From: a virus
Taxonomy: Duplodnaviria; Heunggongvirae; Uroviricota; Caudoviricetes
Length of the DNA: 64,000 nucleotides
Direction: 5' to 3' (one strand)
IMG/VR virus record: IMGVR_UViG_3300012573_000004
Every line of letters starts with the position of its first letter. Position 1 is the first letter of the stretch. A model generated the notes under the pieces. It made no database searches. It was not told where the DNA came from and saw only the letters and a list, made by a program, of their open reading frames with translations. Both the position numbers and the translations under genes were made by a program. Below, piece after piece: positions 56,281 to 64,000 of the stretch.

Positions 56281-57684
56281 AAACCTCACCTCAAGACCTC
56301 CCCACCTCTTAGCGAACGAAAGTGAGCGTAGGTGGTGGGAGTAATGGGTTTCTTCAATCTACATATATTCACTAAAGTATGATACACTATATATCAGTGA
56401 ATAGAAGTATAGAATTGAGGTGACAATGAACACGATCACAATCACAACAAAAGTCAGGATATATCCAACTCCAGAACAAGAAGAGTCTTTAAAAAAGACA
56501 CAGAAAGGGTATGTGGATGGATGTAATCTTGTGTCACAATGGGTAAAAGACAATCAAGAGTTATCTCAGAAAAAGATCAACTCAGCATTGTATTCAACTA
56601 TTCGTGAAAACACTGGGTTGGGTGCTCAAATGAGCCAATCTGTGATCAAAACTGTCATTTCAACTTACAAAACTATTCACTCTGACAATAAGAAGTGGAG
56701 TATTTGTCCTAGATATAAAAAGCACAGAGTAGAACTTGTCAGGGGAAGAGACTATTCCCTTATCAAGGATGGAAGACTGTCTATTGGGACTATTGATGGA
56801 AGAATCAAGATTCCTTACACTGAAAACCCATCACTTCCATTGCATGATTACACTCTAGGAACAGCAACTCTTGTTTTCAAGCATGGAAAGTGGATCATGC
56901 ATATTCCTATCACTATTAATGTTGCTGAAGTATCTGACAGTGATATTGAAAACATCATGGGAATTGATGTAGGTCTTAGGTTTCTTGCCACTTCTTATGA
57001 CTCTTCTGGGAAGACAAAGTTCTACTCAGGAAAAGAAGTAAAAAGAAAAAGAGCACACTATAGTCAGCTTAGATCTCAATTGCAGAAGAAGAACACCAGA
57101 TCTTCTAGGAGACGGCTGAAATCTATTGGCAATAGAGAGAACCGCTGGATGACTGATGTAAATCATCAGGTATCTAAGGCACTCGTAGAGTCAGTAGATT
57201 CGCCAACGTTATTTGTTCTGGAAGATTTAACAGGAATTCGTTCTGCAACAGAGATTGTGTGCAAAAAGAACCGCTATTACCAGGTTTCTTGGGCTTTCTA
57301 CCAGCTAAGATCAATGGTTGAGTATAAGGCTCAAAAGAATGGTCACAAGTTCATTGCTGTTGATCCTAGGAATACCTCAAGAGCATGTCCTAAGTGTGGT
57401 TTTACTTCAAAGAAGAATAGAAACAATAAGAATCACTTATTTACTTGCCAATCTTGCAACTATTCAAGCAATGATGACAGAGTAGGTGCTATGAATATCC
57501 ATAGCAAGGGAATCAAGTACCGTATGGATACAACTGCTGAGCATGCTCAGCAGTTACAGGGTGCTAGTCAACCACCCTTAGATGTTCCGCCATTTCAAGG
57601 TGGGAGGGGTAAGCATACTTACCCCGTGAATACCACTGGGCAGGGACAAACCCCTACCTCAACCGTGAGGTAGGGGTAGTTGAT
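56281..57684 (+). mobile_element. IS200/IS605-family tnpB-only (IS1341-like) element
   Basis: Left-end hairpin CCCACCT...AGGTGGTGGG; right end ACCCCTACCTCA-ACCG-TGAGGTAGGGGT then AGTTGAT; left boundary approximate. Confidence 0.82.
56420..57673 (+). CDS. tnpB: TnpB RNA-guided nuclease family protein
   Basis: RIYPT.EQ HTH, GIDVG, VLEDL, TSRACPKCG...CQSC, NDDRVGAMNI. Confidence 0.92.
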   Translation: MTMNTITITTKVRIYPTPEQEESLKKTQKGYVDGCNLVSQWVKDNQELSQKKINSALYSTIRENTGLGAQMSQSVIKTVISTYKTIHSDNKKWSICPRYKKHRVELVRGRDYSLIKDGRLSIGTIDGRIKIPYTENPSLPLHDYTLGTATLVFKHGKWIMHIPITINVAEVSDSDIENIMGIDVGLRFLATSYDSSGKTKFYSGKEVKRKRAHYSQLRSQLQKKNTRSSRRRLKSIGNRENRWMTDVNHQVSKALVESVDSPTLFVLEDLTGIRSATEIVCKKNRYYQVSWAFYQLRSMVEYKAQKNGHKFIAVDPRNTSRACPKCGFTSKKNRNNKNHLFTCQSCNYSSNDDRVGAMNIHSKGIKYRMDTTAEHAQQLQGASQPPLDVPPFQGGRGKHTYPVNTTGQGQTPTSTVR

Positions 57685-57905
57685 TGATAATCTCCTTGAT
57701 TGTGTGCTGTTCTTGATTGTGTCAACTCTTATTATACAGAAGATGTTAATGAAGATCAAGCAGTTATCCACAGTTGATCATACAACAAACTGTGTCCCTT
57801 TGTAATAGTCCATATCAGGTTTCTCCCAATACACAAAATGCACCCCTCACCTCTCCCATTATCTAGGGAAGGGTGAAAGATGCACTATGTTCTAAACGCT
57901 GCTGC

Positions 57906-58382
57906 TTATGCCATATCCACTACAATCTCGGTATCCTCATTGAGAATATCTACACCAAACTTCTCTTCAATACCCTCACGAATAATGCGCATGGGCTGGT
58001 CTCGCACAGTAGAAGAATATGCGCGGCGAAGATTTTCCTGAGGACCTTCCCCCTCATAATCAAATACCTCTACATTTTCTCCACCTACAGTGCCAGCTGC
58101 AAGGTAGTCTTCCAGATCAAAGGTCTCTACCCAGGAAGCAAAATCAGTACGGCTGATATCTCCTAGCTCATCCAACTGGTAGAACTTATTTCCCTCAAAC
58201 CATACCTCCTCTAGCAGGGAATCAACAGCATACTCTACATACTCTTCTGGGTTTTCCATCTTGATGCCATACTCTAGCCACAGGGAAGATACTAGGTTGT
58301 CTCGCAGGATATTTACTGCTTCCTCAATGATGGCTACCTGGTTGTCCTTATCCTGTACGAAATCACTCTTAGAACCAAACAT
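57906..58382 (-). CDS. Hypothetical acidic protein, family I
   Basis: Start reassigned to MFGSKSD after AAGGAG; paralog of 55503. Confidence 0.8.
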   Translation of the reverse strand: MFGSKSDFVQDKDNQVAIIEEAVNILRDNLVSSLWLEYGIKMENPEEYVEYAVDSLLEEVWFEGNKFYQLDELGDISRTDFASWVETFDLEDYLAAGTVGGENVEVFDYEGEGPQENLRRAYSSTVRDQPMRIIREGIEEKFGVDILNEDTEIVVDMA

Positions 58383-58390
58383 GATTATTA

Positions 58391-58495
58391 TCTCCTTGTT
58401 GTATGTTGTGGTGTTTTCCTCTTGAACACTTATGACTTTACAGGGTGATTGGTGGGTGGTCAAGTGGAGGGGGTGGGAAACACCCCTATATGGGT
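58391..58495 (-). promoter_or_regulatory. Conserved promoter module
   Basis: ACCCATATAGGGGT, TTGACC-17-TAAAGT, GTTCAAGAGGAAAACACCAC. Confidence 0.82.
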
Positions 58496-58570
58496 GTAGG
58501 TGAAAACTGTTTATGCATTAAGAAAGGTATTTCTTCATTCTCCCCTTTGTTGATTGAAGCCATTATAAGA

Positions 58571-58645
58571 CGTTGAAATATCTTCGTGGTACAACTTATC
58601 CAGAATGTATTTTCAGCCCTTCTACAGCCCACGCAGGGTTGCAAA
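58571..58645 (+). repeat. Imperfect intergenic repeat of about 75 bp (second copy 59319-59393)
   Basis: CGTTGAAAT...GGT.CAACTTATCCAGAAT.TATTT...AC.CAGGG shared between both copies. Confidence 0.65.
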
Positions 58646-58791
58646 GCAGTGTATTCTACAGCATTATAGACAGCCTTGTCTGTCTATTTTCTCAAACTGT
58701 ATATTTGTGTCCCCTTTTCACACTTCATTATCCATACATACAAAAAACACCCTAGCCTATTTTGAAGGTAGGGTGTTATTTCTTTGGTGTT

Positions 58792-59070
58792 TTAGCTATT
58801 CAAGAAACGCTCAAATACTTCTGCTGCTTCCTGAGCTTCTACAATGTTTTCAGCCATCTTCTTTGCTTCACGTGCATCAAAAATCATTGCACTTGGAACG
58901 GTGATGAAGACACTGTACTTCAGCTCTTCAGGGTTAGGGTTGCGCTTATCCTTGTAATCTGCTTCCACAAAGATATCGCCCTTGAAAGAACCAGAATGCC
59001 ATACTCGGTATCCAATACCTGGGAGGTGCTCTAGTTGGAAGTTCTTGTGCTTTGCAACAATGTTAGACAT
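58792..59070 (-). CDS. Hypothetical protein, family L (weak)
   Basis: AAGGAG RBS, promoter module upstream. Confidence 0.75.
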   Translation of the reverse strand: MSNIVAKHKNFQLEHLPGIGYRVWHSGSFKGDIFVEADYKDKRNPNPEELKYSVFITVPSAMIFDAREAKKMAENIVEAQEAAEVFERFLNS

Positions 59071-59076
59071 AATATG

Positions 59077-59180
59077 TTCTCCTTAGATGATGTGGTGTTT
59101 TCCTCTTGAACACTTATTACTTTATAGGGTTGTTAATAGGTAGTCAAGTGGAAGGGGTAGCAATACCCCTATATAGGGGT
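59077..59180 (-). promoter_or_regulatory. Conserved promoter module with perfect palindromic box
   Basis: ACCCCTATATAGGGGT (59165-59180), TTGACT-17-TAAAGT, leader. Confidence 0.82.
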
Positions 59181-59663
59181 AAGTCAAGTATGCAGGCTTG
59201 AATATCTATGGTTTCAAGCAGGATCTTAGTAGCGTGAGGAGATGGGTATGGAGCTGTAGAGAAGTTTTGTTTTTTTATTACTGCAGGGAATATTTTTGCT
59301 CTATATTCCTTTTTAAGGCGTTGAAATCTTTTTAGGGTGCAACTTATCCAGAATCTATTTCTAAGCACCCTATGCCTTACACAGGGCATGAAATAGATGA
59401 GTTATGAACATAGTGATAAGAGTTTGTATTCTTATTATTATATTCCTGGTTTTTGCAGAACAAAACTGTGTCCCTACTTATATATCCTTTATACCAATAC
59501 AAAAATCTTCTGTGAACTTCTACAGAGGATTATGAGGTTTTATGCTAGGTTTCTACACATTTGATTTTTTCCTTTTTTGTTTTTTTAGCTTGACATCCCT
59601 TTTGATCTTCCCTATTGTAGAGTTGCACAACAAAAAGCACACACCTTCAAAGGAGATTAAAAA

Positions 59664-59981
59664 ATGGCTGATCCAGTAGAGATGACTGGTGTTTTTGATG
59701 TAAACGGAACCTCTGTAACAAAGAGGGCAATTGTCTCTGTGCGGAATGACGCACCAGAAGAGTTTGAGGAGTTTGCTGAAGCTGTCTTTGATTCCAATGG
59801 TTTGCAAAACAACTGCTATGGTGAATATTGCTTTCAATGGGAAGGGAAAAGCTATGACAACATCCTAGAGATGCTGCAAGATTTCCCGGAATTCTTCCAC
59901 TGTGATGACAAGGATGTTGATCTATCCACTATCAGTAATGTGGTAAGTCTCCACTTTGGAGATTTTGTCCTTGATATGTAG
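59664..59981 (+). CDS. Hypothetical acidic protein, family H (inverted)
   Basis: MTGVF, APEEF..F, W.G..Y, DFPEFF; AAGGAG RBS; TTGACA promoter upstream. Confidence 0.78.
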   Translation: MADPVEMTGVFDVNGTSVTKRAIVSVRNDAPEEFEEFAEAVFDSNGLQNNCYGEYCFQWEGKSYDNILEMLQDFPEFFHCDDKDVDLSTISNVVSLHFGDFVLDM

Positions 59982-60071
59982 GTGTTAACTCCACTAACCA
60001 GGGAAATATCTTGGTTGGTGGTTTTTTCTTTCTTTCATATTTATGTCCCTTTCCCCTAGTAAGGAGGAGGG

Positions 60072-60180
60072 CCCCCCACATAGGGGTAAAAATACCCTTC
60101 CGCTTGCCTTCCTCATGACAAGCCACTAATATAGTAAGTGTTGAAAAGGAAAACAGCACACCACCTACAAGGAGAAAACA
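60072..60180 (+). promoter_or_regulatory. Conserved promoter module (+ strand)
   Basis: CCCCCACATAGGGGT, TTGCCT-17-TAATAT, GTTGAAAAGGAAAACAGCACACCAC, AAGGAG. Confidence 0.78.
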
Positions 60181-60182
60181 TC

Positions 60183-60503
60183 ATGACCGCTAACAATATG
60201 GATGCCATCATTTCCCGCTACGTAAAGAGTCTCAATGAGATGTCTGCACAGGGAAAGATGTATGATAAGGTATTTTCTGTTTCCAATGGCCGCAAGTACG
60301 CCAAGATCATCTCTTCTTCTGGTGACATCAGCAATCAGAACTTTGCATTCTGCTTCATTGATCGCAAAACTGGTGAAGTATACAAGCCTGCATCTTGGAA
60401 GTCACCAGCAACCAAGCATGTACGCTACACCATCACCAACGAAGAGGAAGCAAAGAATCTTGCTGAGCGCTCTGACTCATGTGGTTCTTTCCTCTACCTT
60501 TAA
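60183..60503 (+). CDS. Conserved hypothetical phage protein
   Basis: GRKY.KI....AFCFID..TG.VYKPASWK.P..HVRY motif, which I recall from large-phage early proteins. Confidence 0.78.
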   Translation: MTANNMDAIISRYVKSLNEMSAQGKMYDKVFSVSNGRKYAKIISSSGDISNQNFAFCFIDRKTGEVYKPASWKSPATKHVRYTITNEEEAKNLAERSDSCGSFLYL

Positions 60504-60633
60504 AGGATGAAAATATCCCTTCTTAGGAAATGATTCCCAGGAAGGGATTTTTCTTGGATCTATTAACTTCATGTCCCTTTTGTCTATCTATAAAGAGCTT
60601 CAAAACAAACAACGCAGAAAAACCTGCATCCCT

Positions 60634-60706
60634 AAAACAATAACCCTGGTGATGTACTCCTACCTTGTTCAAGTAGTGCAGGGATCACTCCAGGGCTTTC
60701 AATGAT
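60634..60706 (-). ncRNA. Candidate sRNA, family R2 copy 2
   Basis: Reverse complement AGCCCTGGAGTGAT-CCCTGCA-CTAC-TTGAACAAG-GTAG-GAGTAC-ATCACCAGGGTT; TGtTATAGT extended -10 upstream. Confidence 0.55.
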
Positions 60707-60759
60707 TAACTATAACACATAGCTCCTGCTTGTGCTAAGTAGGTTCCCCTCTTCTTTTG

Positions 60760-61308
60760 CTACATATTTTCAATATAAGAGTTAAGGCGTGCAGTGCTAT
60801 GACGCAAAGCATCATCAGCAAGGGAAGAAGTCTTGTATTTTACAATCATCCTCAACAAAGCATGCATAGCTTCAGCTTGCACAGAACGTGATGCAGGAGA
60901 AAACTGAGAAAGAATATCTAGTGTTATTTCTTCTTCTATAGCTAGAGCATCAGCTACCTTGTCTACAACCTTATAGAGGTTGGAGCAATCTAGGATCTCT
61001 TCTTTCTTTTTGTCCAAAGAATACATATCCTGTGGAGACATAAGTTTTACTATTTCCTCATTGAGGGGAAGAAGCTCATTACCCTTGCATGGAGAGCTAT
61101 CTACAAAGTTAGAAAAGTCCATAACAATGTTGCAATGTTCTTCATTTTCTGGTGTATAGCCAATAACAATGTGCTTTTCTGCATTAGGTTTCTTGCACAA
61201 AGAAATGCAGTATTCTTTATTAGATGGTGCTACAACATCAACAACAAAAAAGTTATCATCATTAACAACAACTTCTTTATCAATGGTCTTGCTATCACAG
61301 CAGTTCAT
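60760..61308 (-). CDS. Hypothetical protein, family J
   Basis: Start reassigned to MNCCDSK; paralog of 38750. Confidence 0.8.
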   Translation of the reverse strand: MNCCDSKTIDKEVVVNDDNFFVVDVVAPSNKEYCISLCKKPNAEKHIVIGYTPENEEHCNIVMDFSNFVDSSPCKGNELLPLNEEIVKLMSPQDMYSLDKKKEEILDCSNLYKVVDKVADALAIEEEITLDILSQFSPASRSVQAEAMHALLRMIVKYKTSSLADDALRHSTARLNSYIENM

Positions 61309-61351
61309 GATATTTTTCTCCTTTTGATACTTTGTTTTCACTTACTGTTGA

Positions 61352-61924
61352 CTACACATGAAGAAGAGACAAAGAAAAGTATTCCCACATTTGGGATAGT
61401 TCCTTATTGAACTTTGACTTTTCTTCCTTCTTATCACCACTAGGGCTGTGATATACATTGTTATACACAGTGCTTAGTGCATGAAGATTATTGAGAATCA
61501 TCTTCCTTTCTTCAGTATCAGCATCCTTGAAAGAAGTAATAACATTCAAACAAGCAATATCTGAAGCTTGAAGAGAATAAACAAAAACACGTGTGATGTC
61601 TTCTGCAATGACTCCTTGAATATAAGATACACTGTCTTCATCCATTCTCTTACCATAATGAAGAGAAAAAATAGGATAAACACCCTCATGTAATGCTTCA
61701 TGTGTATAACGCACAACAAGATCATAAACATCAAATTGAGCAACAGTGCTTGAATCTACCACTTTTTCACCGTTGCTCTTACCCTCATGCTTTTGGGAGA
61801 TAGTGATAATGTACTCATCATGATCATAATTGATATTGCAAGAAACTTCATATTTTTGGCCAGAATATACATTGGGAATGCTGAACTCTCTACCGTTTTC
61901 TCCTGAGACGCTTGCTTCATACAT
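61352..61924 (-). CDS. Hypothetical protein, family J2
   Basis: Similar to the N-half of 39986-41032. Confidence 0.75.
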   Translation of the reverse strand: MYEASVSGENGREFSIPNVYSGQKYEVSCNINYDHDEYIITISQKHEGKSNGEKVVDSSTVAQFDVYDLVVRYTHEALHEGVYPIFSLHYGKRMDEDSVSYIQGVIAEDITRVFVYSLQASDIACLNVITSFKDADTEERKMILNNLHALSTVYNNVYHSPSGDKKEEKSKFNKELSQMWEYFSLSLLHV

Positions 61925-62099
61925 AGGTTTTTCTCTTTCCTTGATAGGTTATTGATGATATGTCTTGTCTCTATTATAGAAGAGAATAGAAATATGATCA
62001 AGGCATAAGAGGATATAAGTTCTCTGGGGTGCTGTGTAGATTGAAGACATTAAATCTCCTTACTGTGTGTTATATCCTAGGATAGAAAAAGCTAGTGAT

Positions 62100-62540
62100 C
62101 TAGAAAAACATCATTCCGAGTTCAAAGGTGCATTTCCATGTAAGATCATCTTCATTAATCCACTGAAGATAAGATCCATCTTCCACGAAAGGTGCTAGTG
62201 CTTCAAGAAATACATTTTCATCACCCATCTCATCCTCATAGCCTACAATCTCCAAGTCTCCAAACTGGGTAGTTTTTGTCTCAAAACCTAGAGCATTCAA
62301 AATATCTTCTGTGCTCTTACAAGTTTCATCATAGTTCCAATCTAGTTTGCAAAACCTCTTATTAGGATCTGTGGCTACAGAGGTAGAATCCTGCGGCTTT
62401 TCAACAAGATCACTTCCCCACCAGCCACCATTTTTAAATTCATCTTTGGTATTTAGATGACATAGCACCTTGTAAGCATTATCAAGGTGGTTGTGAGGAA
62501 TGGTGAAGTTGGAATCAATAATACGAATATCAAAACCCAT
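62100..62540 (-). CDS. Hypothetical acidic protein, family B
   Basis: MGFDIRIIDSNF start; WNYDETCK; MGDE. Confidence 0.82.
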   Translation of the reverse strand: MGFDIRIIDSNFTIPHNHLDNAYKVLCHLNTKDEFKNGGWWGSDLVEKPQDSTSVATDPNKRFCKLDWNYDETCKSTEDILNALGFETKTTQFGDLEIVGYEDEMGDENVFLEALAPFVEDGSYLQWINEDDLTWKCTFELGMMFF

Positions 62541-62544
62541 GGGT

Positions 62545-62648
62545 TTCTCCTTATATGTGGTGTGTTTTTTCTTGAGATATAACTTCTATGCTAGTAAATG
62601 GTTGATAGATATTCAAGCTATTTTAAAAAACACACCCTGTTCAGGGGA
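62545..62648 (-). promoter_or_regulatory. Degenerate promoter module
   Basis: CCCCTGAACAGGG box, TTGAAT...TAGCAT, AAGAAAAAACACACCAC leader. Confidence 0.6.
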
Positions 62649-62730
62649 TAAACACATGTGTCCCTCTTCTTGGAAAGATAAGAAAAACTACCTAGGAAAA
62701 ACAACCTAGGTAGTTATCTTGTTTTAACTC

Positions 62731-63198
62731 CTATTCCCAGGAAATATTGGGAAAGAAGGTTTTCATCTTTCCATTTTCAAAAATATTCTTCCATGTACAG
62801 AGATCTTCCCCAAGCCATATGATATAAGATCCATCATATTCAATGAAAGGTGCTAGGTATCCAAGGAAGATATCTTCATCGCCCATCTCACCTTTAAATC
62901 CTACAATCTCTAGATCACCAGATTGAAGGATTTCAGTCTCAAATCCCAAAGCATGCAAGATTTCTTCTGTGCTCTTATAGATTTCATCATAATTCCAATC
63001 TAGACCATTAAACCACTTATTAGGATTGGTAGCTACAGAATTGGACTCTTGTGGCTTTTCATAGAGTTTTCCTGAATGAACCCCACCCCTTTTAAGCTCA
63101 TCCTTGGTGTTGAGTTCGCATAGTGTCTTATAAGCATGATCAAGATAATCATAAGGAATAGCAAAGTTGGAATCAATAATGCGAATTTTATAACCCAC
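62731..63198 (-). CDS. Hypothetical acidic protein, family B
   Basis: GTG start after AAGGAG; near-identical segments to 38039 (LGFETEILQSGDLEIVGFKGEMGDED). Confidence 0.82.
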   Translation of the reverse strand: MGYKIRIIDSNFAIPYDYLDHAYKTLCELNTKDELKRGGVHSGKLYEKPQESNSVATNPNKWFNGLDWNYDEIYKSTEEILHALGFETEILQSGDLEIVGFKGEMGDEDIFLGYLAPFIEYDGSYIIWLGEDLCTWKNIFENGKMKTFFPNISWE

Positions 63199-63203
63199 GT
63201 GTT

Positions 63204-63280
63204 TCTCCTTGTGATGTGGTGTGTTTTCCTCTTAGATACAACTTCTATTATAGGATCTTTATTGATAAAGATCAAGTGGA
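63204..63280 (-). promoter_or_regulatory. Promoter module without clear upstream box
   Basis: TTGATC-17-TAATAG/TATAAT region, AAGAGGAAAACACACCAC leader. Confidence 0.65.
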
Positions 63281-63532
63281 ATGATGTGATCTACTCTTGT
63301 TCTGTGTTGAAGTTGTACAAAGGGGTAACTTTATGACTGTAATTTATCATGATAGTTAAAAATGTTTTTATTAACAGTTGGGTTGTTTTCTCTTGCTCTT
63401 CCAATATAGAGGTAAGGGGTATAAAAATAAAGAATGATATTTTCTTGTGTGTTTAATTTGATTTGTATTAGTGGGGTTGTTATAGTGGGAAAAGAAGACA
63501 GCACACCACAGAATGTTTTTGCTGCCTTTTTA

Positions 63533-63607
63533 GCTCCTATAGTTCAGTTTGGTTAGAGCAGCACCCTTATAAGGTGAAAGTCACTGGTTCAAGTCCAGTT
63601 GGGAGCA
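63533..63607 (+). tRNA. tRNA-Ile(TAT)
   Basis: GCTCCTA/TGGGAGC acceptor stem, CACC-CTTATAA-GGTG anticodon arm (TAT at 63568-63570), GGTTCAAGTCC T-arm, discriminator A. Confidence 0.88.
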
Positions 63608-63813
63608 CAGAATATATTTTGCAAAAATCACAACAGGAAGAAGAACATAGGATGTGGATGATCCTTTCTTGTGTTTACTCATGTCCCTTTCCCCTTATTG
63701 CAACAGAAGAGACTTGTATAGTTTTGGGTTCTTAACCATGGTATTGGTAGTATTTTTCATAACACAACAACCACACAACATAATATCTACACTCAAGGAG
63801 AGAACAACACGTC

Positions 63814-64000
63814 ATGAAAGAGATCCCAGTTTTGTATCACACCTTTGATGCTACAGGTCTATCAATGCATTTTTCTACAGTAGGTTATTTCATAGTAACT
63901 ATTATAATTGGTAATATCCTCTTACTCCTTGGCATGATTCCATATTTTGTATCTTATATCAGTAAAAAACCAGATATGGGCTTTATGAAGTGGATTGACA
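63814..64000 (+). CDS. Partial membrane protein (runs off window), possibly family F-like
   Basis: AAGGAG RBS; MKEIPVLYHTFDATGLSM then a hydrophobic helix; open to the window end. Confidence 0.6.
   Translation, partial: MKEIPVLYHTFDATGLSMHFSTVGYFIVTIIIGNILLLLGMIPYFVSYISKKPDMGFMKWID

Larger units (their letters stand above)
1503..63688 (+). repeat. Dispersed strand-polar intergenic motif (T/A)TGTGTCCCTTT, about 40 copies
   Basis: Core TGTCCC(T/C) read by eye at about 1503, 3527, 4068, 6980, 9433, 10513, 13418, 14647, 16519, 18699, 19822, 21564, 22065, 25868, 28787 (variant), 30833, 31781, 35581, 38612, 43250, 44314, 47697, 49456, 50323, 50885, 51498, 52155, 52986, 54097, 54696, 55396, 57791, 58706, 59467, 60044, 60572, 62657, 63682; all on + strand. 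Confidence 0.92.

Noticed and set aside
34655..57772. Perfect DnaA boxes (about 34655, 41847, 45482, 57764) as a replication origin
   Set aside because: Isolated, widely scattered single boxes, one inside a CDS; no cluster with an unwinding element
1503..63688. TGTGTCCCT motif or promoter modules as a CRISPR array
   Set aside because: Spacing is hundreds to thousands of bp with whole genes between, repeats are short or degenerate, and no cas genes are present
1503..63688. Boundary motif as classical integron attC sites
   Set aside because: No RYYYAAC/GTTRRRY inverted cores, no integron integrase in the window, and genes carry their own promoters in both orientations
1..64000. Virion structural, terminase, polymerase, integrase or reverse transcriptase genes
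   Set aside because: No ORF shows recognisable motifs for these, so the phage assignment remains an inference and retron/DGR-type systems are unsupported

Overview
AT-rich DNA (roughly mid-30s % GC by eye) that reads as the accessory/early region of a large phage or phage-like replicon. The host is probably Corynebacterium or a related actinobacterium; this is inferred from a corynebacterial-style surface protein, a secreted S1 protease, a GlxR/CRP-like box and tRNAs for AT-rich codons. No virion or replication core genes are in the window. Recognisable genes: MscS channel, EcoRI-family adenine MTase next to a DUF262/HNH nuclease, T4 PseT-like polynucleotide kinase-phosphatase, Dam-family MTase, five tRNAs (Lys-CTT, Arg-CCT, Pro-TGG, Leu-TAA and a rare Ile-TAT), and four TnpB-bearing insertion sequences (two tnpB-only, one IS200/IS605 tnpA+tnpB, one IS607). 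The rest is about 70 hypothetical genes, many falling into about a dozen paralogous families. The most striking structure is non-coding. (1) About 40 intergenic copies of an asymmetric motif, TGTGTCCCTTT, all on the + strand whatever the gene orientation, mark the boundaries between transcription units. (2) About 20 copies of a standard expression module: CCCCTATATRGGG-like palindrome, TTGAC -35, 17 bp, -10, GTTCAAGAGGAAAACACCAC leader, AAGGAG. (3) Several promoter-to-terminator units with no ORF that look like new structured sRNA families, including a duplicated three-hairpin RNA with conserved stems and replaced loops behind a GlxR/CRP-like site. All calls were made by eye without database searches; family letters are my own labels.
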